This document shows positions 1-9,404 of a stretch of 64,000 nucleotides of DNA, in pieces. The stretch is from contig CAVPJU010000001.1 of assembly GCA_963705505.1 (NCBI GenBank), positions 160,001-224,000 on the forward strand, read 5' to 3'. A program made the translations under genes and the position numbers. Positions within the stretch are counted from its first letter, which is position 1. Each line of letters begins with the position of its first letter. The stretch comes from an uncultured bacterium. Lineage in GTDB: Bacteria > Desulfobacterota_D > UBA1144 > Nemesobacterales > UBA2774. The notes beneath the pieces were generated by a model. It was not told where the DNA came from. It ran no database searches and was given only the letters and a program-made list of their open reading frames with translations.

Positions 1-135
1 GAGACTTATGAAGAGGCTTTAGCCGATGTCAAATCCGCCATTCGGTTCCATATTGAAACTTTTGGAGAAGATGTTGTGGAACAAGAATCACCTGTACTGG
101 AAGTTTTTATAGCCGAAGCGGGGGTTGGTATCTGA
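1..135 (+). CDS. HicB-family antitoxin, 3' part (truncated by window edge)
   Basis: Frame 1 reads ETYEEALADVKSAIRFHIETFGEDVVEQESPVLEVFIAEAGVGI*, matching the HicB 'T.EEA...+..AI..H+E' pattern; a HicA gene lies downstream. Confidence 0.75.
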   Translation, partial: ETYEEALADVKSAIRFHIETFGEDVVEQESPVLEVFIAEAGVGI

Positions 136-387
136 TATCTGTCGTGCCGTTTCACAACTTCGAAACGAGCTTCCTTCTTCGTCGAAAAAATAATCCATTC
201 AGCTTTACTCCTAAGTTTCTAAATCTATTAAATGTCTTTAAACCGTTTTTATGCTTTCCTTGACATTCGTTTTGTTTTAAATTAATAGAAATTCCTATGG
301 GAATATTAGAAGATAAACTCAATATAGGCGAAGTTTCGATCATGACGACGTTGAATAGATTTTTCAAATATTCTATTGGAATGTCTC

Positions 388-627
388 ATGATTAAATTTC
401 CCGTTGATGCTCCTAAGACGAAAGTCATAAAGACACTTGAGCTCTTGGGGTTTCGTCTTGTTCGCGAAAGAGAGCACATTGCAATGATGAGGGAAAACCC
501 TGACGGCACGCGGACTCCATTGACCATGCCCAATCACGCCCGGATCAAGGGTTCAACCTTACGAAGCATTTGTACTCAGGCACATATCTCAAGGGATGAA
601 TTCCTGAAGGCTTACGAACAAACTTAA
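388..627 (+). CDS. HicA-family toxin (mRNA interferase)
   Basis: MIKFPVDAPK...LGFRLVREREHIAM...PLTMPNH..IKGSTLRSICTQA fits the HicA dsRBD-like pattern with the conserved His; ATG at 388 preferred over TTG at 376. Confidence 0.8.
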   Translation: MIKFPVDAPKTKVIKTLELLGFRLVREREHIAMMRENPDGTRTPLTMPNHARIKGSTLRSICTQAHISRDEFLKAYEQT

Positions 628-853
628 AATGTTGTATCAACCGATGAAAATTCTCACACCGAACAACAATAGACAACAGGACGCCGGTTAATATCCTTTT
701 ATTTCCAATTTGACTTAATCTCGACCTTTTGTTTACTATTTATTTGATTACTGTTTTCCCATACGTTTAATTTTCAGTAATATTTATAGTACGTTGTGCT
801 GGGTGTTTCATGGGTTCAAAGATTTCTTTAAGTCCATAGGGTCGGAGGTTTAG

Positions 854-2521
854 ATGTCTGTTGACGAAAATGAGCTTGAAAAGATGAAGAGAGCAAGGGA
901 GCATTGGGAGAAAGAGTACAAAAACGCCTCGAAAAGAGAAGCGGATTATACGACCGTCTCCGGGATGGAGGTGCCCCCGCTTATAACGCCGCTCGATCTA
1001 AACGGTTTTGATTATGAGAACCGCCTGGGATTCCCCGGCTCGTATCCGTTTACGAGGGGTATCCACAGCACGATGTACAGGGGGCGTCTCTGGACCATGC
1101 GCCAGTTCGCGGGGTTCGGGAGTCCCGAGGATACAAACGGGCGTTTCAAGTATTTGATGGAGCACGGGCAGACGGGTCTCAGCACCGCATTCGACATGCC
1201 TACGCTTATGGGTTACGACAGCGACCACGAACGGTCCAGGGGTGAAGTCGGAAAGGAAGGCGTATCCGTATCGTCGCTTGCCGATATGGAGGTGCTATTC
1301 GACGGCATTGACCTCGAAAAAGTGACGACCTCGATGACCATCAACTGCAGCGCGAGCGCCATATTTGCCATGTACCTCGTCATGGCTGAAAAGCAAGGGG
1401 TAAGCTGGCGTAAGCTCAGCGGGACTCTCCAGAACGATATGCTGAAGGAGTTCATCGCTCAGAGGGAATGGATATCGCCGCCCGGGCCGTCTGTGAAAAT
1501 CGTAATAGACATTATCGAATTCTGTGCAAAGGAAGTCCCCATGTGGCACCCCGTATCGATATCCGGTTACCACATACGGGAGGCGGGCTCGACGGCCGTA
1601 CAGGAGCTTGCGTTCACGCTCGCGGACGGGATCGCGTATGTCGAGGAAGCTGTAAAGCGGGGGCTCGACGTGGATGATTTTGCGCCCCGTCTCTCTTTCT
1701 TCTTCAACGTGCACAACGACTTTCTGGAGGAGATCGCGAAATTCCGCGCAGCGCGCAGGATGTGGGCGAAGATCATGCGGGAGCGGTTCGGAGCAAAGAG
1801 TCCGAAATCGCTTATGCTGAAAACCCACGCGCAAACGGCGGGGGCGAGCCTCACGGCGCAGCAGCCTATAAATAATGTGGCCAGAGTTACTATACAGGCC
1901 CTGGCGGCCGTGCTCGGCGGCACGCAGTCTCTCCACACCAATTCAATGGATGAAACCCTCGCTCTGCCTACTGAAGAGTCCGTCACGGTTGCGCTCAGGA
2001 CTCAGCAGATAATTGCCGAGGAAAGCGGCGTCGTGAACACTATCGACCCATTCGGCGGGAGCTACGTCATCGAATCTCTCACAGACAGGGTCGAGAGTGA
2101 GGCGTTCCGCTACATAAATAAGATAGATGAAATGGGTGGGATAATCAGGGCGATTGAAACAGGGTATCCTCAAAAAGAGATTGCGGACGCGGCCTATAAG
2201 TATCAGAGGGAAGTCGATACGGGGGTGAAGACGATAGTAGGGGTCAACAAATACAATACCGAGGGGGAGGTTTCCATACCGACCCTTAAAATCGAAGACA
2301 GTGTCGAGACCGACCAGATTAAAAAGCTAATGGATCTTAAAAGGAACAGGAACAACAAGGCCGTGAAGTCGAGGCTCCGTGACATTGTTACGGCCGCCAG
2401 GAACGGCGACAATTTAATGCCTTATATTATTGAGGCTGTAAGGGAGTACGCGACACTGGGGGAGATAAGCGATATATTCAGGGAAGTATACGGGGTCTAC
2501 CGCGATCCGGGTTATTATTGA
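854..2521 (+). CDS. B12-dependent acyl-CoA mutase, large (substrate-binding) subunit; isobutyryl-CoA mutase (IcmA)-like
   Basis: [27 protein letters not shown] and GGTQSLHTN motifs; no C-terminal B12 domain; GGAGG RBS. Confidence 0.92.
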   Translation: MSVDENELEKMKRAREHWEKEYKNASKREADYTTVSGMEVPPLITPLDLNGFDYENRLGFPGSYPFTRGIHSTMYRGRLWTMRQFAGFGSPEDTNGRFKYLMEHGQTGLSTAFDMPTLMGYDSDHERSRGEVGKEGVSVSSLADMEVLFDGIDLEKVTTSMTINCSASAIFAMYLVMAEKQGVSWRKLSGTLQNDMLKEFIAQREWISPPGPSVKIVIDIIEFCAKEVPMWHPVSISGYHIREAGSTAVQELAFTLADGIAYVEEAVKRGLDVDDFAPRLSFFFNVHNDFLEEIAKFRAARRMWAKIMRERFGAKSPKSLMLKTHAQTAGASLTAQQPINNVARVTIQALAAVLGGTQSLHTNSMDETLALPTEESVTVALRTQQIIAEESGVVNTIDPFGGSYVIESLTDRVESEAFRYINKIDEMGGIIRAIETGYPQKEIADAAYKYQREVDTGVKTIVGVNKYNTEGEVSIPTLKIEDSVETDQIKKLMDLKRNRNNKAVKSRLRDIVTAARNGDNLMPYIIEAVREYATLGEISDIFREVYGVYRDPGYY

Positions 2522-2621
2522 TCGGCCGTTTGGACTGACCGCTCGGTTAGACTTTCATAGACGGGGATCAGCAGTTTCTTAAGAAGAAAACTACAGTATT
2601 TACGAGGCAGGGCTAATTGAC

Positions 2622-3032
2622 ATGGGTCAGGGTTCGAGAATAAGGATTTTAATCGGGAAGGCGGGACTCGACGGGCACGACAGGGGTGTGAAGATCGTCG
2701 CGAGAGCCTTGAGAGATGCGGGCTTCGAGGTTATTTATACGGGGCTCCATAATACGCCCGAGGCTATAGTCGAGACAGCGCTCCAGGAAGATGTCGATGC
2801 TCTCGGACTGAGCATTCTCTCGGGCGCTCATAATTATATTTTCCCCGAGGTGGTCCGTCTTCTGAGGGAGAGAGGGATGGGCGACGTAACGGTTTTCGGG
2901 GGCGGTATAATTCCCAAAGAAGATATTGAAGCCCTCAAGGAAAAGGGAGTGAAAGCCGTATTCGAGCCCGGCACCTCCACAGATGAAATTATAGACTGGG
3001 TAAAGGCGAATGTTGTCCCGAGGGCATTATAG
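2622..3032 (+). CDS. Acyl-CoA mutase small cobalamin-binding subunit (IcmB-like)
   Basis: GLDGHDRG (DxHxxG), SILSGAH and GGIIP motifs. Confidence 0.93.
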   Translation: MGQGSRIRILIGKAGLDGHDRGVKIVARALRDAGFEVIYTGLHNTPEAIVETALQEDVDALGLSILSGAHNYIFPEVVRLLRERGMGDVTVFGGGIIPKEDIEALKEKGVKAVFEPGTSTDEIIDWVKANVVPRAL

Positions 3033-3041
3033 GATTTCACG

Positions 3042-3680
3042 ATGAAGTGCGTCAGCTGCGGGAATAGGAAAGCGAAGAGATATTGTCCTGCGCTCAGGGC
3101 GTCGATATGTCCCGTGTGCTGCGGGGAGAAAAGGGGCGTCGAGATCAATTGTCCTCTCGACTGCATGTATTATGTCGAGGGGCAGAAACATCAACAGCTT
3201 AAGGTAATGCATCAGAGAATTCGCAAGGAAGGGGCGGTCAGCTACGTGCGCCGCGCGGAGCTCTATAACCGGAACCCCGAGGTTTTCGCGAGAATAGAAA
3301 AGATTTTTGCGGATGCATTCCGCTCCGACAGGAGACTCAGGAACGAGGATACGGTTTCAGCCCTTGAGCTCGTAAAAAGCACGCTCGATACCGAGAAGAA
3401 GGGTCTTATCTACCAGCATCAGAGTGAAAACAGCTTTGCGAACGAGCTCTCGACCAGAATGCTCATAGCCTTGACCGATTTCAAAGACAGCCCGGACATA
3501 CGGGAGGACAGGGTAACGATAGATTTTGCTCTGAGCGTGGTGGAAGAGTTCCTAAAAGAAGCGAGGTTCTTCATGGAGCACGATTCGAATCCGCAGAGCT
3601 ATCTTATTCACATTTTGCGGTATCACCCGGAAGAAGAACCCAAGCCCGGGAGACAAAGCGAGCTTATCATTACTCCGTAA
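3042..3680 (+). CDS. Hypothetical protein with N-terminal 8-Cys putative metal-binding domain
   Basis: CVSC..CPA..ICPVCCG..CPLDC within the first 41 aa; starts 9 nt after the mutase small subunit. Confidence 0.8.
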   Translation: MKCVSCGNRKAKRYCPALRASICPVCCGEKRGVEINCPLDCMYYVEGQKHQQLKVMHQRIRKEGAVSYVRRAELYNRNPEVFARIEKIFADAFRSDRRLRNEDTVSALELVKSTLDTEKKGLIYQHQSENSFANELSTRMLIALTDFKDSPDIREDRVTIDFALSVVEEFLKEARFFMEHDSNPQSYLIHILRYHPEEEPKPGRQSELIITP

Positions 3681-3712
3681 ACATGGGTTGGCTGAATCGA
3701 AGGGTATTGCGG

Positions 3713-3904
3713 TTACTTGTTATTATTTCCCGCTGGCACCGTGTTGATAATGGCCGAGACAATCAAGGCGACTACGGCTACGATGGATAGAATCTTAAAA
3801 TATGACTGCCAGTCAAGCTTCAGTCCCAGATAAAATCCGGTCGCGACAAACGAAAAAACTATGAGCAATATCAGTACGGCGCCGGGTATGTTTTTTCTAA
3901 GCAT
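3713..3904 (-). CDS. Small two-TM membrane protein
   Basis: 63 aa with two hydrophobic segments; GGGAG upstream. Confidence 0.6.
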   Translation of the reverse strand: MLRKNIPGAVLILLIVFSFVATGFYLGLKLDWQSYFKILSIVAVVALIVSAIINTVPAGNNNK

Positions 3905-4038
3905 TTGGTATCAATACTCCCTAATCATTATAAATTTTTTGCGGCGGGAATAATATTATCTGAATTCGGCGCCATATTCAACTGTCCGGAGTCAAGCGTT
4001 CGTATGAAGGCCCGAGGCGGTCTCAAGTACGTCCGGGT

Positions 4039-4067
4039 TTGAACTTAAACGATAAACTATGTAACAT
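4039..4067 (+). promoter_or_regulatory. Candidate sigma70 promoter for rnr
   Basis: TTGAAC-17 nt-TAACAT. Confidence 0.3.
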
Positions 4068-4235
4068 TACAGCATATTATTTTCTCTTAACGGAACGTGA
4101 CCCTGCTTGTCCTTTATAAATATTGTCGACAAAACAACCTATCAATGGTGACCTACAATTTCCAGTAATTTATCTATAAGAATTCCCAAGCCCAAAGAGA
4201 TCCTTAAGCTGTTAAGAAATTCGGGACGCCGCCCC

Positions 4236-6089
4236 ATGAGGTCAAAGGAAATTTCGAGGCGCCTCGGCGTGCCCAAGGAAGGGAAACTGCTCCTAAAGAA
4301 GATACTGCGGAAAATGGTTAGTGATGGGGCGATCGGCAGGACGAAAGACGGATACATAGTGTCAGGGAGAAGAGAACCCGCCGAAGTAAAAAGCGAGCCG
4401 GCACAGGCAAACGCCCTTATCAAGGGGATGATCAAGGGCGGGAAGATTCTCGGAAAATTCGTCAGGACGGGTAAGACCGGCAAAATTATACCTAAGGACG
4501 ACAGGATACCGCACATCCCCCTTCAGGCGGGCGAGATAAAAAACTTAAGGAACCACAGTCTCGTCGTTTTCGAAATAAGCGGAGGGGTTACGCTGAGCCG
4601 GAAAGTCCGGGGCCATATAGTGGACGTACTCGGCAGAGCGGGGGATTTGGAAGTCGAGAAAAAAGGCTTATTGGTGGAATATGATCTGTCGGAGAAATTC
4701 TCCGCCGAGGCCATGAGGGAGCTGGCCGAGATACCTGACGAGATACCCGAGAGCGAATTGAAGAGAAGGGCGGATTTGAGGGACGATATCATTTTCACGA
4801 TCGATAACGACGACGCCAAGGATTTCGACGATGCCGTAGGCATCACGAAGACGGACTACGGCTACAGGGTTCTGGTTTCCATAGCCGACGTTTCTTACTA
4901 CGTGAATCTGGGGAGCGGGATAGATAATCAGGCGCTTGAGAGGGGGACCAGCGTTTACATGCCTCATATGGTCGTCCCCATGCTGCCCGAGAAGCTCTCA
5001 AACGACCTCTGCAGCCTCGTGCCGTATAAGGACAGGCTCACCAAAACGGCAGAGATGGATTTTAACCGTAAAGGCGAGATGGTGGATTACAAGATTTACA
5101 ACAGCGTGATCAGGAGCGCCGCCCGTCTTACGTACTCGAAGGTGGCCGAGAGTCTGGGGGGTTCGGGCTTCGTGCCGATCGAGGAAAAGCAGATAACCGA
5201 GAAGCTGCACATAATGAACGAGCTCTACAAACATATCAGGGAGAGGAGGATCGAAAAGGGGGAGCTCAATTTCGATATTCCCGAGCCCGACCTCATAAGG
5301 GACGAGCTGGGCAGGACCGTAGATGTGGTGAGGACTCAGAGGAACCCGGCCCACGGCTTGATCGAAGAGTTCATGATCGCGGCGAATACGGCTGTCGCCA
5401 GATTCACATGTCAGTCGAAAGTCCCGTCTTTATACAGGGTCCACGAGAAGCCCGATATGGAATCCATCATCGAGCTCTCGGAAGGGCTCAGGAAACTGGG
5501 CTATACCCTGCCGGTGGAGGGAAAGATAGATACGCTCGACTTTCAGCGGATCATTGATAAGAGCAGGGGCAGGCCCGATGAGATAGCCGTTAATATGCTT
5601 ATTCTCCGTTCCTTGAAAAGGGCTATTTACTCGACTCTGGAAGAGGGCCATTTCGGGCTGGCCATAAAGCACTATACTCATTTCACCTCGCCTATCAGGC
5701 GCTACCCCGATTTAATCGTCCACAGGATTATCAATTCGCTGCTGAAACACAGCGCTCATCCCTATGACAAGGAGTCTTTAGACTGGATGGCGGACCATTC
5801 GTCAAAGAGGGAGAGGCATGCGGATGAAGTCGAGAGGGAGGCCATAAACCTCGAAAGGGCTCATCTGATGAAGTCTTATATCGGACAGGAATTTGAAGGG
5901 GTTGTACTGAGCGTTCTCCCCTTCGGGATGTTCGTCGAGGTCAAGGAGGTTTTTGTGGAAGGCCTCGTGCCCAGAGACAGTGTCGTCAACTGGAGGAAGC
6001 GCTGGTTCGATATAGGTCAGACCGTCAGGGTCAAAGTCACCGCCGCAGACGTCGAGAAGAGAAGGATTACCCTTAATCTGGCGTCCTGA
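4236..6089 (+). CDS. rnr: Ribonuclease R
   Basis: RNB motifs TIDxxDAKDFDDA, IEEFMIAAN and YTHFTSPIRRYPD; N-terminal HTH and C-terminal S1. The frame is open from 4152 and encodes more HTH-like sequence (KEILKLLRNSGRRP), so the true start is probably upstream. Confidence 0.93.
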   Translation: MRSKEISRRLGVPKEGKLLLKKILRKMVSDGAIGRTKDGYIVSGRREPAEVKSEPAQANALIKGMIKGGKILGKFVRTGKTGKIIPKDDRIPHIPLQAGEIKNLRNHSLVVFEISGGVTLSRKVRGHIVDVLGRAGDLEVEKKGLLVEYDLSEKFSAEAMRELAEIPDEIPESELKRRADLRDDIIFTIDNDDAKDFDDAVGITKTDYGYRVLVSIADVSYYVNLGSGIDNQALERGTSVYMPHMVVPMLPEKLSNDLCSLVPYKDRLTKTAEMDFNRKGEMVDYKIYNSVIRSAARLTYSKVAESLGGSGFVPIEEKQITEKLHIMNELYKHIRERRIEKGELNFDIPEPDLIRDELGRTVDVVRTQRNPAHGLIEEFMIAANTAVARFTCQSKVPSLYRVHEKPDMESIIELSEGLRKLGYTLPVEGKIDTLDFQRIIDKSRGRPDEIAVNMLILRSLKRAIYSTLEEGHFGLAIKHYTHFTSPIRRYPDLIVHRIINSLLKHSAHPYDKESLDWMADHSSKRERHADEVEREAINLERAHLMKSYIGQEFEGVVLSVLPFGMFVEVKEVFVEGLVPRDSVVNWRKRWFDIGQTVRVKVTAADVEKRRITLNLAS

Positions 6090-6174
6090 GAAAACCGTAC
6101 CCGGTTATCTCCGCATCATATAATATTCCGCGCGTGTTAATATTCCCCGGTTCGTTCGGATTCAGGGGCCCCGT

Positions 6175-6999
6175 TTAAATCTCGACTCTGAACAGTCCCT
6201 TAAGGGCGAATCCGAAGACAATCGATAATACGAAAACGACGACGAGCCAGTGGACGTGCCATTTCAGTATGCCGACCGAGCCCGCGGGATAATCGATCCT
6301 TATCTGCTCCGCCAGAGAATTTTCAGGCAGGGGCTTTTGTGCGGGGTTCAGCAGTTTATCCCAGAGGCTCGATGCCGACGCCTCGGGTGAGATTTGTACG
6401 AGGCCCTTTTCGGAGACTAAGACTTTCTGCCGGATCTCCTCGCCTGACACGTTGAATGTGAGATCGTGCGCTCCCGTTTCTTTAGCCCGGATCCTCCAGT
6501 CTACTTCGTTCTGATCGGGAATTCTTAAGGGAGGAGTTTCTATCGTAATCCCCTTATCCGAAGTGAGTCTGACGTCCGGAAGCTGCTCACTGCCGCCGTG
6601 GAGCTTGAGGGACACTATCGCCGATTCGTCCGGCCTGAGGGGTCTATACCCGTACCAGCTGTCCATTTGAATCAGGATAACAGCAAGCGGTATCATCATG
6701 AACAGCATAGGCTTTACGGCATACTTGATGTATCTGAGGTTGTATATAAGGATGTTCTTCTGCGATGACAGCACTATCCCTATTTCGTCCTTGAAGAGAC
6801 TGAGCTCGAAAATATAAGCCCTGATTTTGTTCTTGGTCTCTCTAATCTTCTGCTGGTCCGATGTGTAGCGGAAAATTATGAGCATTATGATTCCGATAAT
6901 GAGAGAGAAGAGGGCCAGCGACCATAGGGGGTCGATATTTTTGAACGGTGTAATGAGAATGCCGAATAAGCCGCTCATCGCGGAATTAAATTGCCACAT
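6175..6999 (-). CDS. Membrane protein, DUF106/EMC3-TMCO1 (Oxa1 superfamily)-like, with inserted soluble beta domain
   Basis: TM1, then a basic coiled segment (SDQQKIRETKNKIR), then KPMLFMMIP TM2, a ~130-aa soluble insert, and C-terminal W-containing TM3. Family assigned by pattern only. Confidence 0.6.
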   Translation of the reverse strand: MWQFNSAMSGLFGILITPFKNIDPLWSLALFSLIIGIIMLIIFRYTSDQQKIRETKNKIRAYIFELSLFKDEIGIVLSSQKNILIYNLRYIKYAVKPMLFMMIPLAVILIQMDSWYGYRPLRPDESAIVSLKLHGGSEQLPDVRLTSDKGITIETPPLRIPDQNEVDWRIRAKETGAHDLTFNVSGEEIRQKVLVSEKGLVQISPEASASSLWDKLLNPAQKPLPENSLAEQIRIDYPAGSVGILKWHVHWLVVVFVLSIVFGFALKGLFRVEI

Positions 7000-7088
7000 C
7001 TTATCCTTTATCTGCGGTCGATTAAATTTTATGAATAGGGTCCCGGCAGCCGTTCATGCATCAGCTAAAGCTCCGTATAGCTGCCTCT

Positions 7089-7289
7089 CTATTCGATATA
7101 CCCGAGTCCCTTTAACCTTTTGGCTACCTTTTCCTCGTCTTCGGGGGACTGTTTCTGCCCCTTTTTCAATTCCCTTTCGAGCGTATATGTTATAAATTCC
7201 TCAACCGACGTATAGCCCGATTCCTCCGCATATTTTTTGCATCTGTCGAGCAAGTCCTTATCCAGTTTGATCTTAGAGCCGCCGAACAT
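7089..7289 (-). CDS. Small CopG/RHH-like protein with C-terminal EEKVAKRLKGLGYIE tail
   Basis: 66 aa with a beta-helix-helix pattern (KIKLDKDLLDRCKKYAEESGYTSVEEFITYTLE); AGGAGGA RBS. Confidence 0.8.
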   Translation of the reverse strand: MFGGSKIKLDKDLLDRCKKYAEESGYTSVEEFITYTLERELKKGQKQSPEDEEKVAKRLKGLGYIE

Positions 7290-7318
7290 GAACCTTCCTC
7301 CTTGGATATATGTGCAAT

Positions 7319-9322
7319 TTATTTTCCGGGATTATCATCCGTAAATATATTATTTCCGATCATGCCTTCCTGCTTCGGGATTCCGAATTCTGCCAGTATA
7401 GTCGGGGCCAGATCGTAGAGAGCGGGTTTCTGCGACTTTATCTCCTTATTCGAAAGGAGGATTCCCGGCACCAGGTCTGCTTCCATCAGGTGGTCTCCGC
7501 TCCACTTCTGCTTGTTGTCCCTCAGTATGTCCTTCGGGAAACTGCCGAGCACGGTCTCCCAGGAAGCGCGGTACCCCTTATTGTAACCAACGATGAGATC
7601 GGGTGCATCCTTGAGGAAAGGACCGCTGTATACTTCCTCCGCTTTATATACCCTGGAAATTACCTGCTCTCCGGTCTTCGGGTCCCTTATGGAAAGAAGC
7701 TTTGCGGATATCTCGTCCAGCAATTCCTCTCTCTTCCCGGGCTCGACGATTCCTTCGAACTCCCTCCCCTTGAGGTTTAGAAAAAGGCCGTTAAAACCTA
7801 CTCCGTAAGCGCGTGTCCTGCCCCAATCGACGTTCTGGAAGAACTCGCCTTCCGCCTCATCTGTCAGGTACGAATATCCGTTATCCTTGAGCCACGTATT
7901 CAGGTTAAAAGCCCTGTAAAACGGGGCAAATCCGTGATCCGATAAGGCGATGACCGTGGTGTGGTCGTCGATATTGTCGAGGACCTTTCCCAGCACCCTG
8001 TCCATTTCGATGTAGGCGTTCTCGATCACGAGCTTCAGTTTGCTTCCTGAATCATAAGCCGGGTGCTTGGGGTCCATCGTGCGCCAGAACATATGGGAAA
8101 GCTGATCTACCCTGCCTATGTAGAAGAAGAGGAACCCTGAATTGAACTTCTTAAGCTCGAGATCGAGCATATCCTGCTCTTCGCCGAAGGCTATGTTCGT
8201 CTGATCGAGGAACTCGCCGTCTCCGAGCACATTTTCGGATAGAGCCTTGGAGTCTTCGGGGATGCCCTGGGTATAGTAAAGACCTATCTGCTTGACTATC
8301 CTCTCCGAATAATCCTTGGGTGTGGAAATCGGAAGGGCGGGGGCAGAGGGGTCGATATTCACGGGCGTGACATACAGTTTGAAATTCGGCCTCAGCTCTT
8401 TTAGGTAAAAGCGCGCGATGCCGCTCGCACTTTCCAGATAAGGAAGCAATTCATATTTTATTTTGATCCAGTCGCTCCACTCACCTTCCTTGAGTATTAT
8501 CTCCCTGCCCTGGACGGCTATCTTTGCGACCGGGTTCTCCGGGTCTATAAAAACGGTGAAGTCGACCCTGCTTTGAGGCGCATCTTTCTCGAATGTGTTT
8601 ACGGGTCCCGGAAGTTTGGCCCGGACTTTATTCCTGAAGACTTCGACCGGAAAAACCTTGCCGCCGGATGTTTTCTCGAATTTTCCGGTGTCCTCGTCGG
8701 TATAATAGGAATAAGTCCCGTATGTCCCCTGAATGTCGGGCGTTCCCATTCCCGAGAGCTGATAGGCCTTGCCGTCCACAGTGGGGAAATTCGCCGGCAC
8801 CCGGAATATGGTCGTAGGGATTCCTCTCTCCGTCAAATATTCCCAGAACGCTTTACCCTGGCGGAGCAAGGAAACCTTGCCCGATGACAGGGGAATCACC
8901 CAATTGCCGACCGTTATGGTTTTTTTAGCGGGCTCTGTCTTCGAAGTAGACAGATAAGGCGTAATACTTTCGGGGTCCCTGTGAATGAAGTCGAAGATAC
9001 CGTGCCCCCCCGGGTTCATGCCCGTAATAAAGTTTGACCAGGCAACAGGGCTCTGGGGAGGTATGCTCGTCGCAAGCGGCTTGAAACCCCCTGTTTCGGC
9101 CAGCTTCTTGAAGTTGGGGAGCTTCCCTTCGTCCATCAGTCTCTTGAGTATGTTAGGGTCCATACCGTCAAATCCGATGACTATCACCTTCTTATCCGTC
9201 CCCTGCGCTTTGGCCTGGGGCGGTCTGCCGTCCTCTCCGCATCCGGCGGAAACGACCACGGCGGCGATAAAGACAAAAATCAGCGCCATTTTAGCTATAC
9301 CGAATCTGGATTGTCCGCTCAT
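7319..9322 (-). CDS. Alkaline-phosphatase-superfamily phosphodiesterase/nucleotide pyrophosphatase (COG3379-like), predicted lipoprotein
   Basis: IGFDGMD, PPQSPVAWS (Ser nucleophile), SDHGF and SGDH motifs; lipobox VSAG-C. Alternative ATG at 9394. Confidence 0.85.
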   Translation of the reverse strand: MSGQSRFGIAKMALIFVFIAAVVVSAGCGEDGRPPQAKAQGTDKKVIVIGFDGMDPNILKRLMDEGKLPNFKKLAETGGFKPLATSIPPQSPVAWSNFITGMNPGGHGIFDFIHRDPESITPYLSTSKTEPAKKTITVGNWVIPLSSGKVSLLRQGKAFWEYLTERGIPTTIFRVPANFPTVDGKAYQLSGMGTPDIQGTYGTYSYYTDEDTGKFEKTSGGKVFPVEVFRNKVRAKLPGPVNTFEKDAPQSRVDFTVFIDPENPVAKIAVQGREIILKEGEWSDWIKIKYELLPYLESASGIARFYLKELRPNFKLYVTPVNIDPSAPALPISTPKDYSERIVKQIGLYYTQGIPEDSKALSENVLGDGEFLDQTNIAFGEEQDMLDLELKKFNSGFLFFYIGRVDQLSHMFWRTMDPKHPAYDSGSKLKLVIENAYIEMDRVLGKVLDNIDDHTTVIALSDHGFAPFYRAFNLNTWLKDNGYSYLTDEAEGEFFQNVDWGRTRAYGVGFNGLFLNLKGREFEGIVEPGKREELLDEISAKLLSIRDPKTGEQVISRVYKAEEVYSGPFLKDAPDLIVGYNKGYRASWETVLGSFPKDILRDNKQKWSGDHLMEADLVPGILLSNKEIKSQKPALYDLAPTILAEFGIPKQEGMIGNNIFTDDNPGK

Positions 9323-9404
9323 ACTAAGATCCGTATCCGAAATAAGCAACCATTGCTCTCCCTGCGGGGACCGCATGCCATATTTATTGTTCATTACGGG
9401 GTTT

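Noticed and set aside
628..853. Cobalamin riboswitch before the mutase, or an integron attC site after hicA
   Set aside because: AT-rich sequence with no B12-box and no matching RYYYAAC/GTTRRRY pair
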